64,000 nt of DNA. Source: Candidatus Atabeyarchaeum deiterrae (GTDB lineage: Archaea > Asgardarchaeota > Atabeyarchaeia > Atabeyarchaeales > Atabeyarchaeaceae). The notes under the pieces are model-generated. The model was given only the letters and a program-made list of their open reading frames with translations. It made no database searches and had not been told where the DNA came from. The DNA is taken from the NCBI GenBank assembly GCA_037310415.1, contig CP147780.1:2240001-2304000 (forward strand), given 5' to 3'. Positions 46,988 through 56,195 of this stretch are shown here, piece after piece. Position 1 is the first letter of the stretch. Each line of letters opens with the position of its first letter. The position numbers were made by a program, and so were the translations under genes.

Positions 46988-47368
46988 ATGACAGATTTGG
47001 AGAAAGTTACGATTCCAATCTTGAAGTCAGGAGAATTTCTAATCACCTCTCCGCAGGTGGCCCTCCACGACAGACTTGCCGTGAAGTACAAAGATGAAAT
47101 ACTCGAGAGAATCGTCGAAACGAAGGCGAAAGGGCTCGTCCTCGATGTGAGCGCGATAGATATTGTGGACAGCTTCCTTGTGCGACAAATAGGTGAGATC
47201 GCGACAGCGGCAAATATAATGGGTGCTCAGGTCGTAATTACTGGTCTAAGGCCCGACGTTGCGATGACGCTGGTGGAAATGGGGTTCTCGCTAGAAAAGG
47301 TTCACACAGCGAGAGATCTTGAGAAAGGTATAGAGATCCTTCGTAAAGCTTGGAGACCGAAGCTATGA
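46988..47368 (+). CDS. rsbS: Stressosome STAS protein RsbS
   Basis: IPILK, LHD, LDVSAIDIVDSF (conserved phospho-Ser), GLRP.VAMTLVEMG. Confidence 0.9.
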   Translation: MTDLEKVTIPILKSGEFLITSPQVALHDRLAVKYKDEILERIVETKAKGLVLDVSAIDIVDSFLVRQIGEIATAANIMGAQVVITGLRPDVAMTLVEMGFSLEKVHTARDLEKGIEILRKAWRPKL

Positions 47369-47766
47369 TGCAGGTACCGATTGTGGCCGAAGTCATGAGT
47401 GAGGCTGATATAGTGATAGCCAGAGTCAAGGCGAGGGCAGTAGCGGAAGCTATGGGGTTCAACTACATGGACCAAACGAGGATAGCGACCGCAGTATCCG
47501 AGCTTGCCAGAAACGCCTTCCAGTTCGCTGGCAAAGGTAAGGTGACGATCACACCAGTTGACATACAAGGAAGACGTGGAATACAGATTGTTATCGAGGA
47601 TCACGGACCTGGTATAAAAGATCTCGAATCGGCCATGAAAGGGGGGCACAGCACAGGCGGAGGGCTGGGGATGGGCCTCTCAGGCAGCAAGAAACTCATG
47701 AATGAGTTCGACATCAAGACCAAGGTCGGAGAAGGTACCATTGTAACAATCAGAAAGTGGTTGTGA
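47365..47766 (+). CDS. rsbT: Switch Ser/Thr kinase RsbT (GHKL)
   Basis: DIVIAR, TAVSELARN, DHGPGI, STGGGLGMGLSG..KLMNEFDI...GT.V...KW; ATGA overlap with rsbS. Confidence 0.92.
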   Translation: MMQVPIVAEVMSEADIVIARVKARAVAEAMGFNYMDQTRIATAVSELARNAFQFAGKGKVTITPVDIQGRRGIQIVIEDHGPGIKDLESAMKGGHSTGGGLGMGLSGSKKLMNEFDIKTKVGEGTIVTIRKWL

Positions 47767-47773
47767 AGAGCGA

Positions 47774-48757
47774 TTGCGATTCGGCATTGCTTCTAGGCCC
47801 GCACAGGGCATGATGGTGAATGGTGATGCCTACCTTGTGAAAGAATGGAATGAGCAGACGTTGCTGGCGGTGATAGACGGGCTCGGTCACGGCGAAGATG
47901 CAGCGGTCGCATCTACTAAGGCAAGACAATATGTGTTAGAGAATCATACAAGAGACGTCGAACAGATCGTTTCAGGTCTTCATACCCACTTACATGGGAC
48001 GAGAGGCGTGGTCGCAGGGATAGTAAGGATTGACAGAATTGCACACCGACTTATTTTCTGCGGCATTGGGAATATCGATGTGTCAATAGTTGCCGAGCCG
48101 CCAATGCATCCTACCTCGCTGAATGGTATACTCGGAGCAAATGCTAGGAAGATTATGAAATTCGGATACACATATGACACACTTAGAATGGTTATTCTGC
48201 ATTCAGATGGAGTTTCCGCGCGGTTTAGTTTATCCGATTATCCCCTACTCTACGAACAACCGCAATTTGTTGCCGAAAGAATCCTAGGTGAATGGGGGAA
48301 TAGAAACGATGATGCTACCATAGTTATCGCGGTTGAGGACAAGGAGGAATTCGGAACCAATGTTGAAGAGGTGGATGCCTCAAGTGATGCCCGTGCAATA
48401 ACCGCGGCTGACCAAGCGAAGGACCTAGCGAAAAAACTGGGTTTCTCGGAAGCCGACCAGAGCAGGATTGCAATTTCGACTTCCGAACTCGCAAGAAACA
48501 TCGTAGTTCATGCTCATGGAACCGGTAGGATAGTTATTAAACCCATTGAGGAGGGTGACAGAGTGGGCATCGTGATAATCGCAGACGATAGCGGACCCGG
48601 GATCGCAGATGTTGAGAAGGCTCTTGAAGATGGTTTTAGCACCAAGAAGGGTCTGGGAATAGGGCTTAGTGGTGCGAAGCGCCTCATGGATGAGTTCAGC
48701 ATCGAAACTGAGGTCGGCAGAGGAACTAAGGTAACCATAAAGAAATGGAAGGCATAG
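47774..48757 (+). CDS. RsbX-like PP2C/SpoIIE phosphatase fused to a second RsbT-like kinase domain
   Basis: NGDA, VIDGLGHG, GIGNI, LHSDGV, NDDAT; then SELARNI, DDSGPGI, GLGIGLSG..RLMDEF...GT.V...KW. Confidence 0.88.
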   Translation: MRFGIASRPAQGMMVNGDAYLVKEWNEQTLLAVIDGLGHGEDAAVASTKARQYVLENHTRDVEQIVSGLHTHLHGTRGVVAGIVRIDRIAHRLIFCGIGNIDVSIVAEPPMHPTSLNGILGANARKIMKFGYTYDTLRMVILHSDGVSARFSLSDYPLLYEQPQFVAERILGEWGNRNDDATIVIAVEDKEEFGTNVEEVDASSDARAITAADQAKDLAKKLGFSEADQSRIAISTSELARNIVVHAHGTGRIVIKPIEEGDRVGIVIIADDSGPGIADVEKALEDGFSTKKGLGIGLSGAKRLMDEFSIETEVGRGTKVTIKKWKA

Positions 48758-48904
48758 GACATAGACGCCCAAAAAAATCAAAAATGGAGGAGTTACAGGA
48801 TCGCTTAAGGTGCTCTGGGTCCGAGTCGATAGCTGAGGTAGGATGAATGAAAAGGGTTTCTTCGACTTCCAGTTAAGATGCTCAGGGTCCCAACCCTCCA
48901 TTCC

Positions 48905-49660
48905 TCATCCGTCCCATACCCAGGGAAAGCCTCTTCTGAGACACTTGAATGATTCCGCATAGGGTTTCCTTATTGCCTTTCCGTCATTTGCATTCTTCTC
49001 CTTGATAATCTTGGCGATCTCGTCTCCCATTTGGGTTTCGTGCTGTCGAATGGCCTCTAACTTTAGGTCAATGGTATCGCTGATGTCTATCCAAGTGTCA
49101 GGTAGAAAGGGTTGAAACAGATACATCTCAAGAACCATGTAGGGTTCCACATCTTTCTCGGGGTACTCAAACATGTCGTAGGCGAAGCCCGCTGCTTCGA
49201 GAGCCATCATTCCGGTATGCCTGTGGTCTCTGTTTCCTTCGTATGGTCTCCATGGGTCGAAAGTGAACACTACGTCTGGTCTGTTTTCACGTACGTAACC
49301 GATCAGTCTTCTTCTCAACTCAAGCGATGAATCCATGTGTTGGTCTTTGTAGTCGAGGAAGATGATATCCTCTACACCTAGGATTTTTGCCGCCTTTTTC
49401 TGCTCCGCATTCCTCATTTTTATGGCTTCGGCAGCTGGTATTTCTGGGTCAGCAACTCCATGGCGACCATCTGTTAGCAAGAGGTAAGTGACTTTCTTGC
49501 CCATTTTCGTTAGCTTGGCGATAGTTCCTCCTGCAGCGATGTCAGTGTCATCCTGGTGAGCTTGGATTGTAAGTACGCGCTCCACTGTGTCCTCAAAAAG
49601 TGTGGTGGATCTCATTTTCCCATATTTCGACATTCCTTCTTCAGGATCATTTTTCACCAT
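48905..49660 (-). CDS. PIG-L/LmbE family deacetylase
   Basis: AHQDD, LTDG, R..EQ..AA..LG, NRDH, HETQ. Confidence 0.88.
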   Translation of the reverse strand: MVKNDPEEGMSKYGKMRSTTLFEDTVERVLTIQAHQDDTDIAAGGTIAKLTKMGKKVTYLLLTDGRHGVADPEIPAAEAIKMRNAEQKKAAKILGVEDIIFLDYKDQHMDSSLELRRRLIGYVRENRPDVVFTFDPWRPYEGNRDHRHTGMMALEAAGFAYDMFEYPEKDVEPYMVLEMYLFQPFLPDTWIDISDTIDLKLEAIRQHETQMGDEIAKIIKEKNANDGKAIRKPYAESFKCLRRGFPWVWDG

Positions 49661-49852
49661 GCAACCAATCGTCTCCTAAATTTGGCTAGAATTCATGTTC
49701 GTAGTTTTCTAGCAGTTCTTCCCTAAAAGGCATAGCATCTCCAGTCGCTAGATCTGCAACCGGCAATACACTTTATTAAAGAGTTGAAAACATATTACCA
49801 CCTCATTTACTTAGGCCATGAGAAGTGAGAGCAGCTCTGAGATGAGAATCAT

Positions 49853-51295
49853 TTGGCGAAGAAGAAGCCAGACAAGGCTCAAGTGGCGACAGAGGCGTCT
49901 GGAAGAGTTCGAACCCTGACGACGATAAGTTACGCAAACATGGTCAACGCCGGCGACACCCAGTTGGTTTCGAACCTTTGGCCCCAAATCATGGGCAGCA
50001 CGATCAACCCAGGCCCTGCAGCGCTTGGCGGAATGTTCACAGCAAGTAGGATACTTCAGTCAGTGACCGCACCAGCGTGGGGGTGGTGGAGTGACAGGTA
50101 CTCAAGGAGACGCATACTCTCCATTGGGTGCTTCATATGGGCTGTGTTTACAATAATGACAGGTCTGGCTTCACAGAGTATCGACTTGCTCGTATGGCAA
50201 CTACTTATGGGGGTAGGTCTAGCCGTGATCGTTCCAACTACTCAATCGTTAGTTGCAGACTACTACCCTCCACAAAAGAGAGGAAAAGCCTTTGGAATAT
50301 TGGGGTTAGCCGGATTATTGGGAGCTATCTTTGGAACGATTTTCGCGACTGGCGTGGCTGGGTTAGGCGAGATTACGCTCTTGGGCTTAACGATAGAGAG
50401 TTGGAGATTCGTCCTATTCACCTGGGGTCTTCTAAGCTTGTTCACTGGCGTGGTTGTGTTGCTGTTTGCCAAGGATCCTCTTCGGGGAGGGCTTGAGCCT
50501 GAACTGACGAAGGTCCTGACACAACAGAAAGCCGAGAGGTACAAGGTCAAGAGATCAGACTACAAGAAAATCCTAACAAATAGAACATTCGTTCTGATAC
50601 TTGTCCAAGGAGTTGCTGGCTCAATACCGTGGACAGGACTTCTCTTCTTGATCACTTGGCTACAATACGTGGGATTCGAATCGCTAACATCAGGCATAAT
50701 ACTTGCCTTCATGATTCTGGGAACGGCAATGGGAAACCTCTTTGGAGGACTGATTGGTGATAGGGCAGCAAGGTGGCGCCCACGAAGTGGCAGGATCTTG
50801 ATTGCCCAAATCTCAGTGTTTTCAGGGATACCCATGACGTACGTAATGTTTCTGCTGATCCCAATGAGGATGGACTCGATAATACTATACACCCTCGCGG
50901 GAGCTTTCACTGGTTTCCTGATATCGTGGTGTTCGAATGCCTGCAACAGTCCTATCTTCAGCGAGATCTTTGAACCAGAGATAAGAAGCACAGTATACTC
51001 AGTAGATACCATGATTGAAGGGTCGGCAGGCGCAATAGGAACATTGCTAGTGGGCGCATTAGCAGAGATCTTCTTCGGTTACAAGCCAGTCCCGCCGAAT
51101 GTGGTGATATCCACTTTGCCGGAGGCAATAAGAATCCCGAACGCTTTGGCACTCTCCAACGCGATGTTCTTGACTGCTTTTATTCCATGGACGCTTTGTC
51201 TGATCTTCTACACGTTTGTGTACAAAACCTATCCTAGAGACATTGAAAAAATGCGCAAAAAGCTAGAGCGAAGAGGAAAGGAATTGGAAAGATAG
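49853..51295 (+). CDS. MFS transporter (spinster-like)
   Basis: WGWWSDRYSRR, ADYYPPQKRGKAFG, WR, about 12 TM. Confidence 0.9.
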   Translation: MAKKKPDKAQVATEASGRVRTLTTISYANMVNAGDTQLVSNLWPQIMGSTINPGPAALGGMFTASRILQSVTAPAWGWWSDRYSRRRILSIGCFIWAVFTIMTGLASQSIDLLVWQLLMGVGLAVIVPTTQSLVADYYPPQKRGKAFGILGLAGLLGAIFGTIFATGVAGLGEITLLGLTIESWRFVLFTWGLLSLFTGVVVLLFAKDPLRGGLEPELTKVLTQQKAERYKVKRSDYKKILTNRTFVLILVQGVAGSIPWTGLLFLITWLQYVGFESLTSGIILAFMILGTAMGNLFGGLIGDRAARWRPRSGRILIAQISVFSGIPMTYVMFLLIPMRMDSIILYTLAGAFTGFLISWCSNACNSPIFSEIFEPEIRSTVYSVDTMIEGSAGAIGTLLVGALAEIFFGYKPVPPNVVISTLPEAIRIPNALALSNAMFLTAFIPWTLCLIFYTFVYKTYPRDIEKMRKKLERRGKELER

Positions 51296-51303
51296 TATCT
51301 CGA

Positions 51304-52392
51304 CTACTTGATCCCAATTTTTCTTGCAGCACGAGAGTAGAGGTCGTTGCGGTCTACTGATTTCCCTGTTTTCGCTGACAGGACTCCCATTAGAGCCATC
51401 TCGACCGCTACCTTGCCCTCCTCACCTCGGTACTGTGGTTCCCTATTGTTGAGGACGGAATCCACGAACTCTTTTACTTCCTCTCTGAAGGACAGAGTGT
51501 AGAACATTGGCATTGGCATATGTTCCACTTCAGGTTTTTCCCATTCCTCCGTAAGATTCTCCCCTTTGCTGGAGAAGAACTTTATCGGCTTCTCCCATGC
51601 CGTGTCCATTAGGATAGTTCCTTCAGTTCCATAGAACTCGAACCTGATGAAGGCGGGGCTGCCGATGGTCTCACTTAGAAAAGCTTCCCCAACGGCTCCT
51701 TTTTTAAATTTCAGCAGTACTATGGCGTTGTCGTCTTCCTTCTCCTTGGTTGCAACATGTTCAAGCAGACCTGCTCGAACCGTGTCCACGTCTCCAAGCA
51801 CGTATCTAAACGCAGAGCAAACATGGACTCCAGCATCGAACCACACTCCACCCCCAGCTTTGTCGGGTGTGCAGTGCCATGACTCAGGATCGACTATTTT
51901 CGCAACTTCGTTGAGGCACTCAGAGCCTCGCGCAAAGAATACTTCACCAATCCTACCGCTGTCTATGATCTCCTTGATCTTGACCATCGTGGGCATGAAC
52001 CTGTAAGTCTCAGCTATCATCAGCTTAACCTTTGTCTCTTTTGCTGCCTCGATCATTCGGTCGCAGTCTTCCAGCGATGTCGCCATCGGCTTCTCGCACA
52101 GAACATGTTTGCCATTCTTTGCAGCCTCAATCGCGACCTCGGCATGCATGTTGTGAGGCAAGCATATTGACACAGCGTCAATATCCTTTCTATTCACGAG
52201 GTCATGCCAGTTGGTGTAGTGGGCATCCATTTCATATTCCTTTGCCATCTTACTTGCAGCTTCTTCGTCAATATCGCAAGAAGCCATCATCTTCACGTTG
52301 CCCTCATCTATGTGTGGGCGAAATGCTACACCGTGCATACAGCCAGCAAAACCGCATCCTATTATTCCGACTCGTATTGGTGGCACCTTCAA
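51304..52392 (-). CDS. Gfo/Idh/MocA family oxidoreductase
   Basis: IIGCG, NGKHVLCEKPMA, GGGVWFDAGVH; start TTG 52392 or GTG 52386 after GGAGG. Confidence 0.92.
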   Translation of the reverse strand: MKVPPIRVGIIGCGFAGCMHGVAFRPHIDEGNVKMMASCDIDEEAASKMAKEYEMDAHYTNWHDLVNRKDIDAVSICLPHNMHAEVAIEAAKNGKHVLCEKPMATSLEDCDRMIEAAKETKVKLMIAETYRFMPTMVKIKEIIDSGRIGEVFFARGSECLNEVAKIVDPESWHCTPDKAGGGVWFDAGVHVCSAFRYVLGDVDTVRAGLLEHVATKEKEDDNAIVLLKFKKGAVGEAFLSETIGSPAFIRFEFYGTEGTILMDTAWEKPIKFFSSKGENLTEEWEKPEVEHMPMPMFYTLSFREEVKEFVDSVLNNREPQYRGEEGKVAVEMALMGVLSAKTGKSVDRNDLYSRAARKIGIK

Positions 52393-52668
52393 ACCTCCTT
52401 CTTCGCGATAGTTCGCCGGCATTAGATCTGGCTAGGTCTAACTTAAGGTTTTTCTTCTCGAGAAAATCGCTTGATGCTACGATCACGATTGTTACTGGGG
52501 AATGGACTAGCACGACTTTGGTCCAGTAATCTTGATACTATCTCTTTAGAAGGGCTCAAGTCTATTACAACTGTGCTGAAAAGTTCGCACCGTGAGACGC
52601 GAAGTTCTATAAAACGCTCTGAAACATACGCAATCGAGTTCAGATTCGCTCAAAAAGGTCCAACTGGG

Positions 52669-53418
52669 CTAGCCAACTAATCTCATGATACGAGGTCTAC
52701 CATCAATGATCTCGTATCCAACGTCATCCATGCAGTACCCACTAATCGGAGACTGCTTCACACGGACAAATCTTTGAAACTTGTTCTCCTCAACCTTTCT
52801 CGCTGACAAAACGATTATTCCGTCATGCAAATGCTCAAATGAAACAATCACGGTCTCATCAAACATCTTTGGACTTAAAACAGTCAAAACTACAGAATTA
52901 GCCTGTCTGATAATGTCGATGCCTGCCTTCATTACCCTGTAGGTTGGCTCAAACTTGTAGCGCATGAGTTGCGAAGACAAAGAGTATATGACAGATCGGG
53001 AACCATTGAATTTTCCACTACCGACTCTCATTTCGTGAATCTTCGCCAAGTCATAAAAGATCCGAAGCACGGCATTGGGATCACTTATATTGCCAGCCAG
53101 CAGAATTGGGCCCTTTCCTTCAGGGTCGTAGTTTCCTTCGCCCCACAGATCAGCGACGACCATGGACCCCGAGTCCATTGCCTCCCTCATTTTTACCTGA
53201 TAGTTCGCAAGCCTGCTGATGATTTGATTATGTTCCATATCGTAGTCTAGGACGCCACAGATGTCTCCCTCGCTCAGTCCTTGATTGAGGAAGGCAGCTA
53301 TGAACGCTAGCTCCTCGGTTCCTGATTCGGCCTCCACCAAGCAAGCGCTGCCAGGGAGAAAACCTCCCCCTACCAACTTGTCGAGTTCGCCTATACCAGA
53401 ACTCAAAGAATTCACCAT
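52669..53418 (-). CDS. KaiC/RAD55-like protein with degenerate Walker A
   Basis: SSGIGELD.LVGGG, AESGTEE instead of GxxGxGKT, HDGIIVL, RF.RVKQ. Confidence 0.8.
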   Translation of the reverse strand: MVNSLSSGIGELDKLVGGGFLPGSACLVEAESGTEELAFIAAFLNQGLSEGDICGVLDYDMEHNQIISRLANYQVKMREAMDSGSMVVADLWGEGNYDPEGKGPILLAGNISDPNAVLRIFYDLAKIHEMRVGSGKFNGSRSVIYSLSSQLMRYKFEPTYRVMKAGIDIIRQANSVVLTVLSPKMFDETVIVSFEHLHDGIIVLSARKVEENKFQRFVRVKQSPISGYCMDDVGYEIIDGRPRIMRLVG

Positions 53419-53510
53419 TTCTAATCATCAGCCTCGTGCAACCACGGATTCCTTTGATTTATCGATTTGCACACAACTTGCCCACAATCTCGTCTGGGCC
53501 GCTCCTCCAT

Positions 53511-54947
53511 TCAGACTATTGGCGTAAGTTTGGGTAGCGGATATCCTTTGGACGTGTCCAACTCAACCACATGCAGACCTGTTCTTGGCTTTATTCCGCG
53601 CAGAATCAGTGCCCCGTTTCTCCTCATCAGCCTCAGGTGCACATCCGCTACTGCGCTCAACGTTTTAGACAGATCTTCAGAGGCGGGTCTTAGCACTAGT
53701 ATCCCAAGATTCCCCCTTTCTCTAAGTCTGATGGCGTCCAAGTTCCATATCCTAGCAGATGTATCCGCGCCGTAGAACGCTATTAGGGAGTCTCCTCCCG
53801 TAATGCGGAGTACAGGCTTTCCAGTATTTCTCATTAACTCTTCTTCAATGCGATGATATTCCCCGTATTCGTCTACAACACTCGTTTCACCGAACGGAGT
53901 AGCCACACGGTCATCTGAGTATCCCTTCGGTGTGATATTCCAGATCTTGAATAGATGGCCTATTTCCTCTTGTGAGAACCCATCATTCAGCGCCTGTTTC
54001 TTTATCGTGTTCTGGTCAACGCCTGCCGAAGCAATAACTAGTTCAGCTCGTCCATTTGCCCAGAAGTTGAATACGGTCGGGTTTAGGATCATGTAGGATT
54101 GTTTGGCTGATATTCTTTCATCAATCTCCAGTAGGACGCTTGAACCTTTGGGATAGCCTCCACCTAGCAGAGTATCAAGATCTGCAGATCCAGTGGAGAA
54201 CCTACCATCCTGATCAGCTATCGGAGTGAATCTTCGTGGTTCTTCAACATCCTTTGTCTTGAAGGGCGCAAAAGCCTTGAAGCCTCCTTCAAGTGTGAAA
54301 ACCAGCTTTCTTTCCGGTATTCTTGTTCCCCGTACCTTCCTGAGTTCCAGCTCTCTGAACGGGTGGCCTTCAAACTGATCCACGCTCAGCTTTACGACGG
54401 TATCGGCTACGAACTCTTCTACGCCCACACCAATTTGGTCTTGGCCAGTTGGAATTTCAACGACGAGGATTGTCGTGCACCGTAAATGCCTAACAATCTT
54501 CCTAAGAATTGTATGTACGATGACACGTGCATCTATCTTGTCCCTAAATGCCTGAGTCATGGCAGTGAAGCTGTCTATGACCAACCTGCTAGCTTTCGTC
54601 TCTTCTGCCATCACCTGGATTGACTGCAGCAGAGTCGGCGTGCCACCCTCTTTCGAGGTAACAAGGTCAAGGAACTGACATTTTTCCTTGCGACTGCATA
54701 TTTCGCAGTCACGATTCAGGTGCTTGGACATGTTGTTGGTGAAGGTCTCTTTATTCTCGGCGAATGACGCGTATACCCCTGTTTCACCCAAATTGGCACC
54801 TTTGCACAAGAAGCTCGTTGCGAAAACGGTCTTGCCTGTGCCGGGATTGCCAGCCAGAATGATAAGGCTTCCCTTTTGGAAGCCTCCTTCAATCATCTCG
54901 TCAAGCCCATCTATGCCAGTTGGAGCTCTTTCAGAACTCACAAACAA
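53511..54947 (-). CDS. Double-domain KaiC/GvpD-like ATPase
   Basis: PTGIDGLD, GNPGTGKT, LVIDS, KVRGT; second domain FSTG..DLD.LLGG with degenerate P-loop, G.KPRT, GYP...LTPIV ending. Confidence 0.85.
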   Translation of the reverse strand: MFVSSERAPTGIDGLDEMIEGGFQKGSLIILAGNPGTGKTVFATSFLCKGANLGETGVYASFAENKETFTNNMSKHLNRDCEICSRKEKCQFLDLVTSKEGGTPTLLQSIQVMAEETKASRLVIDSFTAMTQAFRDKIDARVIVHTILRKIVRHLRCTTILVVEIPTGQDQIGVGVEEFVADTVVKLSVDQFEGHPFRELELRKVRGTRIPERKLVFTLEGGFKAFAPFKTKDVEEPRRFTPIADQDGRFSTGSADLDTLLGGGYPKGSSVLLEIDERISAKQSYMILNPTVFNFWANGRAELVIASAGVDQNTIKKQALNDGFSQEEIGHLFKIWNITPKGYSDDRVATPFGETSVVDEYGEYHRIEEELMRNTGKPVLRITGGDSLIAFYGADTSARIWNLDAIRLRERGNLGILVLRPASEDLSKTLSAVADVHLRLMRRNGALILRGIKPRTGLHVVELDTSKGYPLPKLTPIV

Positions 54948-55216
54948 CCCCCCAAATTAACTACGACATTTTATGAGGTTTAGGTTTGTTCTTGGTCGAC
55001 TCGTTTCTCACACTAACGTTGAGAACAGGATGAGGCTTCCCTGAGGGAAGCCTCTTTCGACCATTGTGTCAGTCCCCTCCGCAGCTCTTGCAACCGTCTT
55101 AGAAGTCTAACATTTAAGATTTAACCGGAAACTTGTCGGTATTTGTCCGATCAAATCAGGTGTTAGCTCCCCCATTTCCAGTACTAATACCGCCGACTCG
55201 AAACATATATCTCTGA

Positions 55217-55273
55217 GGTTTACAATAGTTCTCAATGGTTTACAATAATTCTCTTTGTACTACTTTGTAGTAC
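55217..55273. promoter_or_regulatory. Putative operator: 17-bp direct repeat pair plus 7-3-7 palindrome
   Basis: GGTTTACAATA(G/A)TTCTC at 55217-55233 and 55237-55253; GTACTAC-TTT-GTAGTAC at 55257-55273. Confidence 0.6.
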
Positions 55274-55292
55274 TACGAGGGGGAGAATCCGA

Positions 55293-55841
55293 ATGAGTGC
55301 CGAAAGAAAGAAGACGATTTTGAGGACGATTCGCATTACGCAAGAGCTAGACGATCTTCTGAAGGTTGATGCGCAGGAGAGCAACTTGAGCGTAAATGCC
55401 CTCATTGACAAAATAATGATGAAATACACAGAATGGGACAGACATGCTAAGAAATTTGGCTTCGTCTCCCTCTCCAGTGAAACCTTCCGATCCATACTGA
55501 ATGAGGTTGACGACAGTGGGGCAGAGCGCCTTGGCTTGAACCTAGGCGGTAGCGTAGGTAAGGCTCTCACAATGTTCTGGTTCAGGAAAGTGAACTTGGA
55601 GAACTTTCTGGAGTTGATCTCGCTCTATGGCAAGTATACTGGCGATTTCACGTGCCAGATCACGCAAAATGGAAAAGGCTACATGATCACCCTTCACCAC
55701 AGTCTCGGGAGAAAATGGTCGGTCTATTTAAAGAATTTCATTAGCGAATTTATCAGAACTGTCACAGGAGTTCTTCCTCAAACTGATATCTCTGATGCTT
55801 CAATCGTCATTAGTTCCCACGCGCGCCCGTCGGGAGGCTGA
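55293..55841 (+). CDS. Ribbon-helix-helix regulator with C-terminal V4R-like ligand-binding domain
   Basis: TILRTIRI..ELD..L...A....LSVNALI..I...Y.EWD; H.LG.KWS.Y. Confidence 0.7.
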   Translation: MSAERKKTILRTIRITQELDDLLKVDAQESNLSVNALIDKIMMKYTEWDRHAKKFGFVSLSSETFRSILNEVDDSGAERLGLNLGGSVGKALTMFWFRKVNLENFLELISLYGKYTGDFTCQITQNGKGYMITLHHSLGRKWSVYLKNFISEFIRTVTGVLPQTDISDASIVISSHARPSGG

Positions 55842-56195
55842 GATCGAGAGACTCTATTGGTATCCCAGGTTTCCCTCTAGTGCGTGTCACCTAACCTCAT
55901 GACCTTCCCGTGCCAGTTTTTGCAGTGCCTGCCTGCATCACAATCTCTCCTCAATAAGAGAAGGTAGTTGACTGAGGAATCGCTTGAACGCATTCGATTG
56001 GTTTCAAGTGAAGTCTTTTCTGGAGCGGCAAGTCTGCGGTTAGATATCGTGAAGATGTCTATGTGGCGTCGTACGCGACTGATTGTTTGAATGCTGTGTG
56101 CTCATTCAAGTGACGTTGCAAGGCTTTTCCCTCGAGCTGTGGGATGGTTTATAAACTGCGCAACGTATTCCTTCCTTTGGACGGAGGGCTCCCTT

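Noticed and set aside
53511-54947. Circadian clock KaiC or gas-vesicle regulator GvpD assignment
   Set aside because: Second domain has a degenerate P-loop and lacks the CII phosphosites; no kaiA/kaiB or gvp genes in the window, so only family-level similarity is claimed
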